A DNA stretch of 64,000 nt from NCBI GenBank assembly GCA_964565425.1, contig CAZMEZ010000002.1, positions 13,953 through 77,952 on the forward strand. The letters are read 5' to 3'. This DNA comes from an uncultured Planctomycetia bacterium. GTDB taxonomy: Bacteria > Omnitrophota > Gorgyraeia > Tantalellales > Tantalellaceae. This document shows, piece by piece, positions 32,977 through 45,300 of this stretch. The notes below the pieces were generated by a model that was not told the DNA's origin, ran no database searches, and was given only the letters and a program-made list of their open reading frames with translations. Numbering within the stretch: the first letter of the stretch is position 1; each line of letters starts with the position of its first letter. Position numbers and translations under genes: made by a program.

Positions 32977-33120
32977 TGCGGGAGAGCGTCATATATTCAG
33001 GGAAAGGCGTACAGTTAAAGGAGGGTGGTGTGTTAGGAACAAAAGTTATCGACTGATAGGAAGCGTCCCTGCCCCGGGCTCTGCCAAGCGGCCCGCGGGT
33101 GGGGGCGTTTTCTCCGAGCG

Positions 33121-33158
33121 AGGCCCGGAAGTCATGACTCCGGGCCTCGGTCTTTTTA
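33121..33158 (+). terminator. Rho-independent terminator after ORF1
   Basis: Perfect 10-bp stem gaggcccgga (33,121-33,130) pairing with tccgggcctc (33,140-33,149), 9-nt loop, followed by ggtcttttt. Confidence 0.75.
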
Positions 33159-33209
33159 GCCCCCCGTAAGGCCGGGTGGTGAGAAGGCGGGGGTAGCTGT
33201 GTTAAATAT

Positions 33210-33224
33210 TAAAAAGTAAGTTTT
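33210..33224 (+). promoter_or_regulatory. Conserved 15-nt element TAAAAAGTAAGTTTT, copy 1, 29 nt upstream of the -10 box
   Basis: Identical 15-mer recurs at 51,138-51,152 upstream of ORF3, with 29 and 30 nt spacing to a TATAAT hexamer. Confidence 0.5.
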
Positions 33225-33230
33225 GATGAA

Positions 33231-33259
33231 TTGACGAGGATGGTCACAAATAGTATAAT
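33231..33259 (+). promoter_or_regulatory. Sigma-70-type promoter for ORF2: TTGACG, 17-bp spacer, TATAAT
   Basis: TTGACG at 33,231-33,236 and TATAAT at 33,254-33,259, about 64 nt upstream of the ATG at 33,324. Confidence 0.6.
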
Positions 33260-33323
33260 ATATCAACAGCGACAAGTAAGACCATAAAAAAGCCAGAATA
33301 AGCTATTATCCGGGGGGATAAGG

Positions 33324-36300
33324 ATGCTGAGAGGCAGCAAACTTTTTAAGATAATATCCATAATAGTACTTGTCATTTTCGTCCATGAACAGGTCGGCTG
33401 GACTCAGGACGGACGGCCTGTATGGACTGCTTTTCGTGCTTCAAGTGAAATAACCCCCAGAGATCTGCCGCGAGGCATAAATATCCCTCATGATATCGGC
33501 GACGTCAGCGAAACCGTGATGAACGGTTCAGGCGAAGTCGTGATAAATATCCAGGACGCGCACGCGTCCTTATCTTCCCAGTATTCCATAGTTAACATCC
33601 TCGACAACCTCGTATCCAATTATGACGTTAGGCTCATAGCTCTCGAGGGAGCCGAAGGGGTAGTCGACACTTCGCTCCTCAGGACCTTCCCCGATAAAAG
33701 GGTAAGGAAAGAGACGGCGGAGTTCCTTATGAAAGAGGGCAGGATGAGCGCCGGCGAGTTCTTTGACGCGACGCGCGACGAGAACGATGTGGTCCTCTGC
33801 GGCGTGGAAGATGACGCGCTATATAACAGGAACGTCGAGAGCTTCCGCGGGATAATGGACCGGAGGGCGGCGTATTCCGAAGAGGTCGATAAACTCCTGG
33901 CGCAACTTGACGCCTTGTCCGCGAAGGTTTTTTCTCCCGGACTCAAGACCCTGGAAGAGAAGTCCAGGCTGCACAGGGAAGGCCGAATGAGTTTTTCGGA
34001 TTACTGGGAGAACGTGCGCCCGGTCGCCGAGAAAGAAGGTGTTTCCTTCGAAGGCCTCGCGAATACCGGTAAGTTGCTTCGCGCCATAGCGCTGGAAAAG
34101 GACATAAACTTCGCGCGCGCGAACCTCGAAAGAAAACAGCTTATCGACGCTCTCAGCGAGGATATGGACCGCACGGATATAGAGGACCTGGTCCTCAAGT
34201 CGCTCCTTTTCAAGGAGAACAGGATATCACAGGCCGATTATCACGCCCATTTGAGCCGGCTTGCCGCCTCTTACGGCGTCGGCATGGAAGGCTACGGGAA
34301 CCTGATGGCCTTCACGGAATACGTCACATTGTACGAAAGCATAGACATAATGGCTCTTTTCAGTGAGTTCTCCGCTCTGGAAGAGAGGATCCGCGAGGCG
34401 CTTTACCGTAACGGTGACGAGCGTGAACTTCACGGCTGGATAAGGCTCGTCCGGATGGTCGGGAACCTTTATAACGTGGAACTCTCGAACGACGACTGCG
34501 CGTACATAATGAGCCGCAGGAAAGATTGCGACGGCGCCGGGTGCGCCGGTTTCATAAAAAGGGCATGCCTTAAATACGGCGTTCCCATAGAAGGGGGGTA
34601 TGACGCCGGGCATGTATTCTCCGGCGTGGATGAGGCCCTGGGATTCTACGAGGTCGCCGAATCCAGGAATAACGCTCTCCTCGCGAACACGCTGAAGCGC
34701 ATGAAGGCGGAAGGAAAACACGTGGCCGCGCTAATAACGGGCGGGTACCACACGCGGGGCCTCACCGAGCTCATGCGCAAGAACAAGCTTTCTTACCTCG
34801 TTGTCGTTCCCAGGTTCGAAAAGGACAAAGAAAGGCCGTATATCGCCATACTCACCAACAAGAAAAAACCTTACCAGGAACTTCTTGAATCCGGTAAATA
34901 CCAGCTGGCCGTGAGGGCATATTTCGACGGTATGGACGAGGATAAATTCATCGAAACGGCCATATACGCGCTTTCGAACGTGGTCACGGGCGGCGGCGAC
35001 TGGCGTTACGAAGCGGAAAGATGGTTCCGCGAGTATTCGCGCGAATACGAACGAAGGAAAGGCATTTCGGAAAAAAGGATAGAAGGAAGTCTCTCACCGG
35101 GCGAATTCGCCAGGATACTCGGAGTGGGAGACTACGCGGGTCAAGGGCAGCTAAGGATCGAAACCTGGGAAAACACCGTTGTGGTGGCCAGGATCAAGGA
35201 TGACCAGGTCTCTTATTTCCGTTTGGACCGTGGCGAAGGCGGCGTACTGGAATCCCCCCGGGTACTGTCGCCTAGCCAGGGTCGCAAGATCCTCGCTGCC
35301 CTTGACCGTGCTAAAGCGGAGATAGAAGAGGAGCGGACGGCAGGGCGCGCCGTTGACCTCGAAAAAAAGATGGAAGGCCTGGCAAGGGCGATCAGGGAAG
35401 CGTCGGAAAAGAAAGACGTCACGCTTGCCGAAAAGCTCATGGAAGATAACGGCCTCCTCTACAGGGTCGTGGACAGGTTCGTTCACGCGGACGAGGTGAA
35501 GCCGGAAGATGTGGTCAAAAAACTGAAGGCCGACCCCGGCGTGTCGCTCGCGAAAAACTGGCGCGCCGACGAAGAGAACAGGCAGGCCGTGGCCGTGTTC
35601 GTGAACAGGGTCATCGCGGCCAGAGAAGGCGTCCGGGCGATAATCGACAAACTCACGTCGGACAGGGATTTAGCCGAAACCATAGCATTGTATTTTGTGG
35701 CGCTGAAGAAGGAGATAACCCCGGAAGGCGTCGCGACAGCCTTGCAATACAAGTTAAATGACCACCTGATGCGTGAGAGAGAAAGAATACCGTCGCTGGA
35801 GGATGCCATCGCAAGGTTCACGGAAACCGTTAAGAAGGTTTACGGGCCCGTAGAAGAAGCCAGGGACCGGTTCAGCCGCTGGCGGATCGCCGACAAGGGC
35901 AGGTATTCCGGCACGGTCTCCAACCTGGAGCTTGCGCTGGGCGATATCGCTTGTGCCGGAGGAAAGGATCTCGAGGAGTATGTTGAAAGGTTCAACGGAA
36001 CGGAGGAAAGACCCGTTCGCGCCCTGGAACTTGGTTCGGGACTCTTCTGCCCGATCTCCGGTTATCTTACAGGGAGCATCGAACAGGACATGTTCGTAAA
36101 ACATGAAGGCGGGTTCAGGAACATGGAGGTCGCGGCTCTCGATCCGCGGCAGGATACGGACGAGGAGCTGGGATTGTACCGCGGCAACGCCCTCAAGATG
36201 GATATGTTCGCCGACGGGGAATTCGACTATATATTCGCGTTCCAGGTCTTTAATGTCGAATGTTTTACGCAGTATTTTCCCGTGAACGTGAAGTTCTGGG

Positions 36301-39300
36301 AAGAGAATTTTCCGAAGGAGATGCTGAGCGAGGGGAAGTATTACAGGAAGATAGCGAAAGAACTATTCAGGGTCATGAAGCCCGGCGGCGAGATATACAT
36401 GAACGTGGGGCTGGCGGAACCCAACCTCCTTCTCAACCGTGTCCTGAGGGAAGAGGGTTTCGAGTGCGAATACTCTGACAATAGAGGGACGAACTGGGTC
36501 TTCACGAAACCGTCCGGTAAGGAGACGCCGCTCGAAAGGCGCAGGGAGCTGACGAGGAGGGCGATAACACGCGTGGCGGGGTTTCTGGGGCGGAAGATAG
36601 CCGTTCTGGAAAAATATTTCGCGGAACTGCCGAGAGAAGGAGATCTCGATGAAGAACAAGCCGAAGCGGCGGAGATGCTGCTTGATGCGTGCTGGGATAT
36701 CGTTAAGGGTGTAAGGCAAGATGATCTGTACGTTCCTTATTCCCCGGGACTGCAGCGTCTTCTCGGATGGGGGTCCCCCGGACACATATACGATATACCC
36801 GGGAACATGATATCCCTTACGGCTTATCTCCAGAACATAGTTCATGGCAAAACCGGGGAGATAGCTCCTAATGTTTACGCAGCCATGGCCGGGGAGATAT
36901 CAAATTTGAAATATGCGTTGAACGCTTTGAAGGGGACCCGTTCGGAAGATATTTATTTCTTCAAGCCCGCAGGTTATGACAAGGAATTCGTTAACATCAG
37001 GAACTGGGAAAAATCCCCGCCGCTCCATTCGAAAGAATGGGTGGCGTATCTTTTCGCGACCGGGCGGGAGGACTTGCTCAAGCGGGTCGAATTCAACGAG
37101 GAAGCCAAGAAAGCGTTCGACAAGTATGTGCTTTCGGCTAACGTTTTCAGCGACATGGTCCGCTCCGGCGGACTTGAGCCCGCCGAGGGCGAAGAAGAGA
37201 TGTTCGAGAGGGTGAAGGGATTCCTGGCGGAGACGGACCCGCGAAGGATTGAAGAGACGGGTAACTTCGCGAGGGTCAGGATAGCCCGGCGTCTTTCGGA
37301 GGAACGGGGAACGGGTATAATGCCTTTCGCCGGACCCTCATGGAAAAAAACGCCGCTTTACGCGGCCGCCGCCGGCGCGGTCCTCTCACTTGTTTCCGTT
37401 CTCGCGTTCGACGCCAACGTAGCGGGGGCGATAGCGGCGGGTTTCGCCGCGCTCACGGGTCTTTACGCCCTGGGTTTCTGGATATGGAAGGACCTCATAC
37501 TCGGCCGGGTGAAAAGCGGTAAACTTCAGTCGGCCTTCTACGGGCGCGGCGGGAACGAGACCATTTACGCTCCAGATAAGGTCGTCCGGGAGAGAGTAGC
37601 CGTCCTTTTCAACGAGCTTTCCAGGTCGCTCGCGGGAGGACGCGCGAGCAAAGGGTCACGCGCCCTTGCCGGCACGCGGATCGACGTCGAAAAAGGCCCG
37701 GCCGAGGCCGTCCTGGTGGACGAAAATTCCCCTAAAGAGGTCAAAGAAGCGATCGGGGACGATTACGCGGCTTTCGACAAGGGCAAGAACACGCTTTATG
37801 TCCTGGGGACGCTCGCGCGCGCTCCGGACTGGGTGCTCGCGACAGTACTCGCCCACGAAGCCGCGCATCATTTCACTAAGAGCGAGTTACGGGCAAACCT
37901 CTTTACCGCCCTTAATTTCAGGAAGGCCGTAAGGACCGCGCGCGGCCTGAGCTATACCCCGGAAGATTACCGGATGTACTCCTTATCAAGGGTCCCGGAC
38001 GTCAAGGCGGACGCCCTCCGGAAGAGCCGGCTCGCTGTCCTCCTGGCGGAAAGGATGAAGAAAGAGGGATATCCCGTAACGGATGACGATATAGCGCTTG
38101 TCGGCCGGGTTTTCCTGGTCCATGCCGTGGGCGGAGAGCGATATCCCGGGATAACACTGAAGATACTTGGGGACGCGAATGCCGATATCACGGACGAAGC
38201 AAAACAACTTGTAAGGTTCCGTCATTCCTATGCCGCTTTTACCGATCATCTTGCGCGTGCCGGCGAGGAAGAAATTTCCGTGGATGTCCTGGGTCGCGTT
38301 AATGAGCTTTTGCCCATGATCAGGCTGGTGGACGTTTTTGATGACGGGCAGAACAAATTAAAACGCGAAAAGCCCGGCAAGCAGCCGGAAAATTTCATCG
38401 AGGCGCTGAACTCGCTGGAGGAGACCTTTGCCGAAGAGGGGATAACCGCCAGGGGCGCCCTGAACGTTTTCAGGAATATGATGGGCGAAGAGGACCGGCG
38501 CATCCTGAACATAGCCGCGGAAGCCCGGAGGTCCAACGATATCCTTGTCTCGGACCACGTGCTCATGGATACCATGACGGGAGGAGAGAGGCTGCTCAAG
38601 ATGCGGGGAGGGCTCGATAGGGACCGGGGCGAGGGTGAATATGCCGTCATGACCTTCAGGATGGGGCTCCCGGAAGACCTGCGCAGGCAGATCAAACATT
38701 ATCTCGAGAACAACGGGTTTGACGTGGTGAGCGCCGGCATGACGAGCCGTCATATAGGAATGGACGAGGTGCTCAGGCGGTGGGGAACTGCCGGAGAGAT
38801 CAGAGAGACGCTCGACCGGATCGAAGCGGACGGAGTAAATATTCTCGAGGGTATGATAAACCTTGTCGCGGGGGATGGGGCGGGATTCGAAAAATGGGTC
38901 CGCAAGATCGAACAGGAACATCCCGAGACCGGATCCGTAAAGATGCTCAGGTTCTACATGAACGCGTTTGACCGCGGCATAGAAACGGTAATAATAAGGG
39001 CCCGCGTTCCGAGGGAAAGGCTTATCGAGGAATTCAACGCCCCCGCGAAGGCCGCCGGCATGAAGTTCCAGGATTTCTTCAGGCAGTTCGTCGCAGGGCA
39101 TGAAGACGCTTTTAAGGCCAAAGCGGGGACCCTGAGGGCGGAATTCATGGAACCGGAGCTTCGCCCGAGCGGCAAGCTGGCCGGCATATACAGGATGGGG
39201 GAAAAGCTTATCCCGCGCGAAAAGACAGGCCTTGCCAACGGTATAGACTGCCCGGCGTACTCCGAACTTCCCGGGAACCTTAAAGAGTATATTGAAGTCC

Positions 39301-42300
39301 CTTTCAGGGCCCCGATCATTTCGTCGGTTCTTGCCAACGGTATCAGCGGCGGCCTTCTTTTGGCGGCATACGTGTTCTTCAAGGGGCCGGTGTTGAAAGG
39401 GATATCCTTCATATCTAAGGCATTCTTTGCCGCGGTCATCATAACACTTTTCGCGGTATATTCACCGTCGAGGCTCCGGGCCCAGGAGACGACAGCGGAT
39501 AAAGGCAAGGACAGGACATCCGCTACGGATAAAGGCGACAAGCCCGGCAAAAAAGAGACCGATGGCGGAGAAGGCGACGGGAAAAAGACCGATGAGAAGA
39601 TCAAAAAAGCCGCGGCCGAGGAACTGCCGCTCAGGGACAGGAAAAAGCAAAGAGAGGTCCCGGCCGGAACACTGGTAAAAGCCGGTGATCTTATAGACGT
39701 TATCCTGGACTTTACCGACGCGGAGAGGGCTCCGGAATACCGCGGGAACGTCAAGTTTCTCCTGCTCATGACGATGATGGTCGAGAGCGACCAGTTCGCG
39801 GCGCGCCGGCAGTACAACGGGGGCCCCGCGCGGGGCCTGGCCCAGTTCGAACCGCCGACGGCGGCGGACGTCCGCGATTATATCAAGAGAAAGTCCGCGA
39901 ACAAGAAGTTCATTGAGGCCGTAAAAGGGGTTTTGGAGATCGGCTGGGAAGACAATATCGCGGCGATGTCCGGTGGAGATATCCTGGCAGCGATAAATGA
40001 AAGGATGACGGGCTTGGATGAGAGGATAAAAGCGGCCCAAAAGGAGAACGACGGGAAGAAGGCCGTCGGGATATCAAGGGAAAAAATAGACCTGGAAAAA
40101 GCCGTTGAGGGCGCGCTCGGCAGGGACTGGCAGGAAGAGCTTGCCGCTCTGGCGGGTGAAACAGCGCTGGAGAGGATACGCGCCCGGCTGGCGCAGCTGG
40201 AGAGGGAGATCGAAGCCGCCAAAGAAAAGGACGACAGAAAGACCGCGTCCGAGAAGGCGGAAGAAAAAACGGTTCTTGAAAGGGAAATGGAAAGGATCTT
40301 CCGGATAAGCTGGGAGGACAATCTTCTGGCGATGTCCCTGGAGGATATACGGAAAAAGATAGACGCGAGGGTCGCCGCTCTCACCGAAGAGATAACCGCC
40401 GCCGAGAAAGCGGGCGACAGGAAAAAGGCGGGAGAGAAGAAAAAGGAAAGAGCGGCCCTGCAAAGCATACCCGCCACAAGAGGGTTCAAGACCTTTATCA
40501 GAAATTACAGGTTCAGGATAATGATGGTGAAAACGCTCGGTGCCGACTGGAGCGCCGTATGCACTATGAGCGGCGACGAACTCGGCCGGCGCCTTGTCGC
40601 GAGCGACTTCTTTACGGCCCTCATGAGCCGGATCAATTACGCGAGGAGGCCCCAGCTCGTTCCTTCAAGAAAGGACCGGAAGGCCGTCTGGCGGTATTAC
40701 CTGGACACGTGGAGGCCGGGTAAGCCGGTTTCGCTTGAAAAGTTCCTGCAGCTTGCCGCGATCGTAGATAAAAGCGGCGTAATAGCGGGGAAAAAGGAAG
40801 AAGCCAAACCCGCCGCCGGAGTGCCCGGGGAAAAGAAAGAAGCCGGAAAAGAAGCCGTTACGGAAGCCGGACACGTTCCCGGGAAGAAGCCGGCGGCCGA
40901 GGAGATAAAGATAGCCGAACCGACTGCGCCTGTCGCTCCTCCGGAAGAAGCCCTGGAGGCGGCAGAAAAGCCGGCAAAAGAAGTCCCGGTGCCGGAGGTG
41001 GGAGCGAACATATTCATCCGCCTGTTGGCCGTTTTCGGAGGCGTTTTGGCTGTGATCGCCGGATTTTTCCTTGGAAGGTGGGCCGGCAGGCCGCCCCTCG
41101 CCAAACTCAAGAGATTCGCAAAACGGGCGAAACCCCGAAAAGTGCTGGAGATAGATCTCGGTAAGGACCTCCTGCAGGATAAGGAAATGATGAAGGTGCT
41201 GGCCCGTTCCGGCCACGAGATATCTATCGGCAGGATACCGAACACTTACCGGTATATCTTCCAGAAATGGGAAGAAGACGTCGCCTCCGGTGTTTTTGTG
41301 AAGTCCCTGGGACGGGAATATCCCGATTACAGGTTCGAGGGTCATACCCATTCGCCGGCCAGGACCCAGCTGGAATGGAACAGGATAAATATCCCCAGCT
41401 ACACGGATCTCATGTTCGGGATCTCCGGCCAATGGAGTTACATAATATCCGAAAAGGGCCTGACCTGGTTCAGGGCCGACAGGGGCCTTCTCGAAGTGTT
41501 CCGTGAACAATACGACGCTTTTATCCGGAAAGTTGAAACCGGGGATATGACGCCCGGGGAGGTCGTGACCGCGATGCGCGAGCGGTTCGAGGTGGACGTG
41601 GAGTTCGAGGAAATGGACCTTTCCTCCGGAGTAGCCCGCGGCCCCGCCGCGGCTATGCCTCTGAAAGAACTTATCGCGCCGGATGTGCCGTTCGATGATT
41701 ATGCCGTCAAGCTCGCTCCGGTCGCGGAGGAGATCCTTTTCTTCGCCGTGCCCATGGCCCTGGCGTATCTCGCCCTCGGGATCACCAGCATCTGGACGCT
41801 CGCGTTCATGGCCGCCATGCGCGGCGCGTTCTTCATGCTGCACCCCGAAAAGCGCGACATCATGACGATGAGCGTGACGGATATGGTATCGCTCATCGAT
41901 CCTTCGTACGGCGAACTCAGGAAACACGTTTATGCCGACTGGAAGTTCGTCCGGGCCCTGGCGAAGGGCATGGGGATAAGGGAGGACAGCGAGGAGATGA
42001 AGATGCTTCGCGTGATATCGATGGTCCACGATATGGGAGGCGTTCTGGGGCTCAAGCACGATGAGGATATCGAAAAAGAACTTATCGTGAAAGCGGCGCT
42101 CCACGGTATCGATCACCGGGGAATGGACCCGAACGACGTGGAAGCGGAACTTCTGAGAAAAGGCGTGAAACTCACAAAAGAGGAAAAACGGTTCCTCCCC
42201 AATATTGATCATCCCGCCAATTCATTAAGGATGCTCGATAAGATGGGGATCGCCGTACCGCCTATCGTAAGAGGAATAGTATTAAGACACATGGATGCCC

Positions 42301-45300
42301 CGTCGGAGGAAGAGCTCAGGACCTGGACGGAACAGGAAAGGCGTCTCTTTGCGTGTTTCGTGATAGCCGATGTCTTCGAAACGGGTAACAATTACTACAA
42401 ACAGGCGGGAGGATACTATAAGCACGAAGGCAAATTCGAGTCTATCGAAGATACGTTGGCTTTCATAAAAAGCAAGCGGTTCGATAACAGGCCGTCGATA
42501 AGCCGGTATATCGAAGCGGCGGAGAACGTGCTTTCTTCGGAAGCCATGGCGGAAGCGATACGCTTCAGCCGGACGCCGCTAAGCGGAACGGAATTCGCGA
42601 AAAAGATCATGCCGCGAGGCCCGCCCGCGAGCCGGATAGTGCCTTTCAGCGTAGCCGCGATGGGGGCAGTCATACCGGCTATCCCGGTCATGTTCCCCGC
42701 GATCGCCGCCGCGCCCGGGCTGTTCATACTGGCGGGTTCGATCTGCGTGGTGATGTTCCATTCCTTCGGCAACATCATCGCCGTCATAAAAGGCGTCATG
42801 CCGGCGGCGATAAAAAAGAAAAAGAGATCCGAAGACCTTGAGTGGATAGACCTATACGCTGCCAAATTACAGGCCGAGGGATCTCCCGGTTTCGTTCATG
42901 GGGCGGTCAACAGCGAAGAGGATATAAGGACGATAACGACTATAAGCGGAACGCCGGTCGATGAAGTCAACCGCCGAGCGCAGCCCGGGAATTACTCTAT
43001 GAGCGGGTTCGCGGAGGATTTTATCGAACAACTGGTATCCGACAACGGGCTCGTCCGCGGTTTGGGCACTAACCATAAGAAATTGGCGGATCTGTTGAAA
43101 AGAGCCGCAGGAAAAATAAAAGACGGCGGTGAAGCGACCTTCAAGCATAAAGGCATGCGGTTCGGGATCAGACGGATACCAACAAAGGGAAGCCAGAATT
43201 CCATTTTTGCAGATTATGGTTGGAGCTGCAGTTATCGTCTTAGAAACTTGGACCAGGGGACCAGTATACTGTTCGCCCCTAATTCCGTCGCCGAAATAGA
43301 ACGACTGGGTTTTTACGAGGCCGGGACGATAAACGGCAAGGAGAACAAGTATGCCGTTGATCCCGAGCTTCTCTGGAGGATGTTCAACGATGTCGGCTAT
43401 CGAGTTTCGGAAAAAACGGAGGAAGAAGCGCTGCGGGACCAGGCGGAAGCCATAAAAGAAAAGGAGGGATGGGATTCCATAGAGGTCTACGAAGTTGACG
43501 AACTCAGGGCCGAATACCCGTATATAGTAAGGGAAGCGCCAGCCGTGTCCCGCGGGAAAGTTCCCTTCTATGCCGAGATGGAAGAAGGTTATTACGGAGA
43601 GCCGCCCGTACGTTTCGCGTATGAGGTCAGAAAGAAAGGGCCCTGGACGGCCGTAGTAAGGGTGGAGATATATGAAAGGGACGCGGTCGAAGAAGATACG
43701 GGAATGCGGGCGAGTTTCTACAGGCACAGCCTGCATCTTTTTAGGGGCAGAGAAGATCTGTTTTTGGACGAGTCGTATTCCCTGGACAGTCTCGGGGAGA
43801 AATACGGGACCAATATAGCCGAGATCCTGCAAAAGTCGGGTTTTCCCTTCCGAATCGATATCGGTCCCGGAGAAAAATGGTTCTACGACGAGATGATGAA
43901 AAAGGATGTCGGAACGTTGATGCGTCTCGGTGTCCTGTGTTCGCTTCGGTCGGGCCTTTATACGGATACGCTTCGGGACAGTATGAAGATAAAGCTGACC
44001 AGGGATATGTCGGACTCGAGAGGCTTATTGTTCCGGTATTATATCGTCCCCGTTGAAAATGACGGGACCATGGAATTCGTGGCTTTGGAGCGGCAGAGAG
44101 ACCTGATCTTTCGGGCTCTGTCTGAAAAGACGGGTGGAATGCCGACAGCCCCAGGCACAATATTTCTCTTAAAGGAACTTATCGCTCAGCGCATGTCCTT
44201 CGCCGAATATGCCGCCAAAGTCGCCCCGTGGGTGGAAGAAGCGGTCTTCCTGGCCCTGCCGATGATCATATCGCATTTCGCGTTCGGCCTGGCAAGTTTC
44301 TGGACGGTAGTATTCATGGCCTTATCGCGCGCCGTATTTTTCTTCCTGCACGAAGGCGCGAGGCCCCATGCGCCACCGGCGCTTTGGGAGACGCCTTTAA
44401 AAGTGGCGATAACGGGTTTTCTCGTATCTTTGATGCCCGTGGCCATATTCTCGGCATTAACTTCATCCTTTAACCTTTATCCTTTAACCTTTATCCTGGC
44501 GGCCACATTCCTCTCCGGCCTGATACACCTCCGCGAGAACATCGCCGCGCTCAAGAAAGGCGTCATGCCGGCGGCGATACCGGCGGGCGAAGAAGCGCCT
44601 GACCCCTGGCGGGATCTGACCCCGGACGCGCGCGAGATGTTTACCAATATCGCAAGCAAGGAGTTCTTCCTTAAAGACGCCGAAAGAGGGGAGCTGACGG
44701 CGGAGAGATACCAGCGGGATCACGATGAGGAAGACCCCGAAAGGATACTGGCGCTCTTCGAAGAGCTCGCCGGTAAAGGATATTTCGGTATCACGAAGAG
44801 CGACGACGGCAAGACCAGGTACGGTCTGTCGGAAAAGGGCGGCTCCATGGTCCCGTTGGCCGTCGAAGACATGATAAAGGTATGGATCACGGGTATGAAG
44901 GAGAACGACCTGGCCTGGAGACGCGATCACATAAGGGACCCGGGTTTCGGTTCCATGTTCAGGACGGCGCCGGCATACAAACAGCCCGATCCCGGGAGAA
45001 TGACCCTGTTCGGAAAATACTCCGATGAGGTGCTCGACGTGATCATGGAGCAGGTCAAGGAAGAGGTTAAGCTGTACGAGACGGGCAGGGGGAATGACAC
45101 GGCGTTAAGCGCTCCGCTCGGCGTCATGGAGGGTCTTCTCGAAAAGTGCGGCGATATGCGCCGGACCGATCTGGTCGAGAAGATCGTGGAATACCTGATG
45201 ATGGCGCCTTACTCCGAGAACGGGAGGGTCAGGGCGGCTTTCCAGACGTTCTACATGCATATAGTGGCGATAGATCCCGAACGGGCAAGGACTTTTCTTT

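Noticed and set aside
31-32976. The ATG at 31 as the true start of ORF1
   Set aside because: The frame is open from nt 1, there is no good RBS, and the N-terminus lacks the membrane anchor and shared domain seen in ORF2 and ORF3. Upstream extension beyond the window is more likely, but it cannot be proven here.
33071-33201. Additional G/C-rich inverted segments flanking the ORF1 terminator (gcccc...ggggc; gccccccg...cggggg)
   Set aside because: The matches are imperfect with long loops and cannot be distinguished from chance in a GC-rich spacer. Only the perfect 10-bp stem with U-tract is reported.
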